A stretch of 64,000 nucleotides of DNA, from the NCBI RefSeq assembly GCF_030028105.1, contig NC_092392.1:30949119-31013118 (forward strand). The letters are read 5' to 3'. A model generated the notes under the pieces. That model worked only from the letters and a program-made list of their open reading frames with translations. It did no database searches and was not told the DNA's origin. The position numbers were made by a program, and so were the translations under genes. Shown here piece after piece: positions 63,427 to 64,000 of this stretch. This DNA comes from Mobula birostris (lineage: Eukaryota). Each line of letters opens with the position of its first letter. Within the stretch, counting starts at the first letter, position 1.

Positions 63427-64000
63427 TTAACCACAAAACAAATCTGCATCAGATAACTGAAACTCTGAAGTTGGCTTCTTCTTTTCTTTGCAATTTCTTT
63501 TTAACACTACTCTTTCCTCTGTTTGGACCATGTATAATCTGGGTTGTACTTCTTCAAGTACTGCAGCTTTCTTAATTCCTTCCACTTCCATTTGTAATGA
63601 AATACGAATCTTTTCTTCATCTAATTCATTCATTAACTGTGTAATCTCTTTTTTATGATGATACTTCATCATTTCAATAATACTTTGCAATTCCTTCACT
63701 TGTGCTTTCACTTCTTCCTTATACTGTGCCCACTGTGAGTGTTCTTGCTCTAGACAGTGATTAGACTGAATCTCATATTCTCTGTGTCTCTTTCATTATC
63801 GCTTGCATTGAAGCAACCTCCTCCTCCCATTGCTTTTTCACATCATCAATTGCCTCCTGTTTGGTCGTCTCAGACACTGCAGCTACTGCTTTTATATTCT
63901 CCATGTCAGCATTTTCACAAAGCGCATGTATACAAAATTCCTCACATTCATCTTCAATCACTGCATTTACTTGTTTCGTTTCGTTTTCCTTCTTTTTACT
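63427..64000 (-). pseudogene. Chimeric retroelement ORF: gag-pol linker, RABEP1 fragment, SH3KBP1 C-terminal fragment, integrase tail; one frameshift
   Basis: [63 protein letters not shown] (RABEP1-like), then [17 protein letters not shown]...[24 protein letters not shown] (SH3KBP1-like), then [24 protein letters not shown] (Gypsy integrase-tail-like). Confidence 0.8.

Noticed and set aside
63427-64000. Genuine RABEP1 or SH3KBP1 exon, or a simple processed pseudogene
   Set aside because: No splice sites at segment ends, no poly(A) tail, two unrelated genes fused, and retroelement-like flanks with a PPT and LTR.
1-64000. CRISPR arrays, prokaryotic operons, tRNA or rRNA genes
   Set aside because: The sequence is eukaryotic and intron-rich; recurring motifs are dispersed transposon ends, and no such RNA genes were recognised.

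Overview
Vertebrate genomic DNA, not prokaryotic. The repeat complement (Penelope-like elements, CR1/L2, Rex1/Babar, RTE, hAT and Tc1/mariner MITEs, Gypsy) suggests a cartilaginous fish, probably a ray (inference). Three protein-coding genes can be reconstructed. (1) An intronless 408-aa MYND zinc-finger ORF (3482-4708, minus strand) with a probable upstream GC-rich first exon at about 6.2-6.4 kb. (2) A compact 4-exon sizzled (szl) gene (19760-21375, plus strand, 287 aa). (3) HDAC10 polyamine deacetylase on the minus strand: 19 mapped coding exons from 58498 to 27583, two candidate terminal exons, and a CpG-rich, probably bidirectional promoter near 61.1-61.4 kb. The most unusual item is at the right edge: a Gypsy-type LTR element (200-bp 3' LTR plus PPT). 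Its pol region appears to be replaced by intronless fragments of two host genes, RABEP1 and SH3KBP1/CIN85, fused between a gag-pol linker and the integrase tail. Other notable items: minimal hammerhead-ribozyme motifs in Penelope ends, a DNA transposon family with 6-bp TSDs, and an inverted templated duplication flanking three in-frame HDAC10 exons. Homology calls come from recalled sequences; no searches were run.
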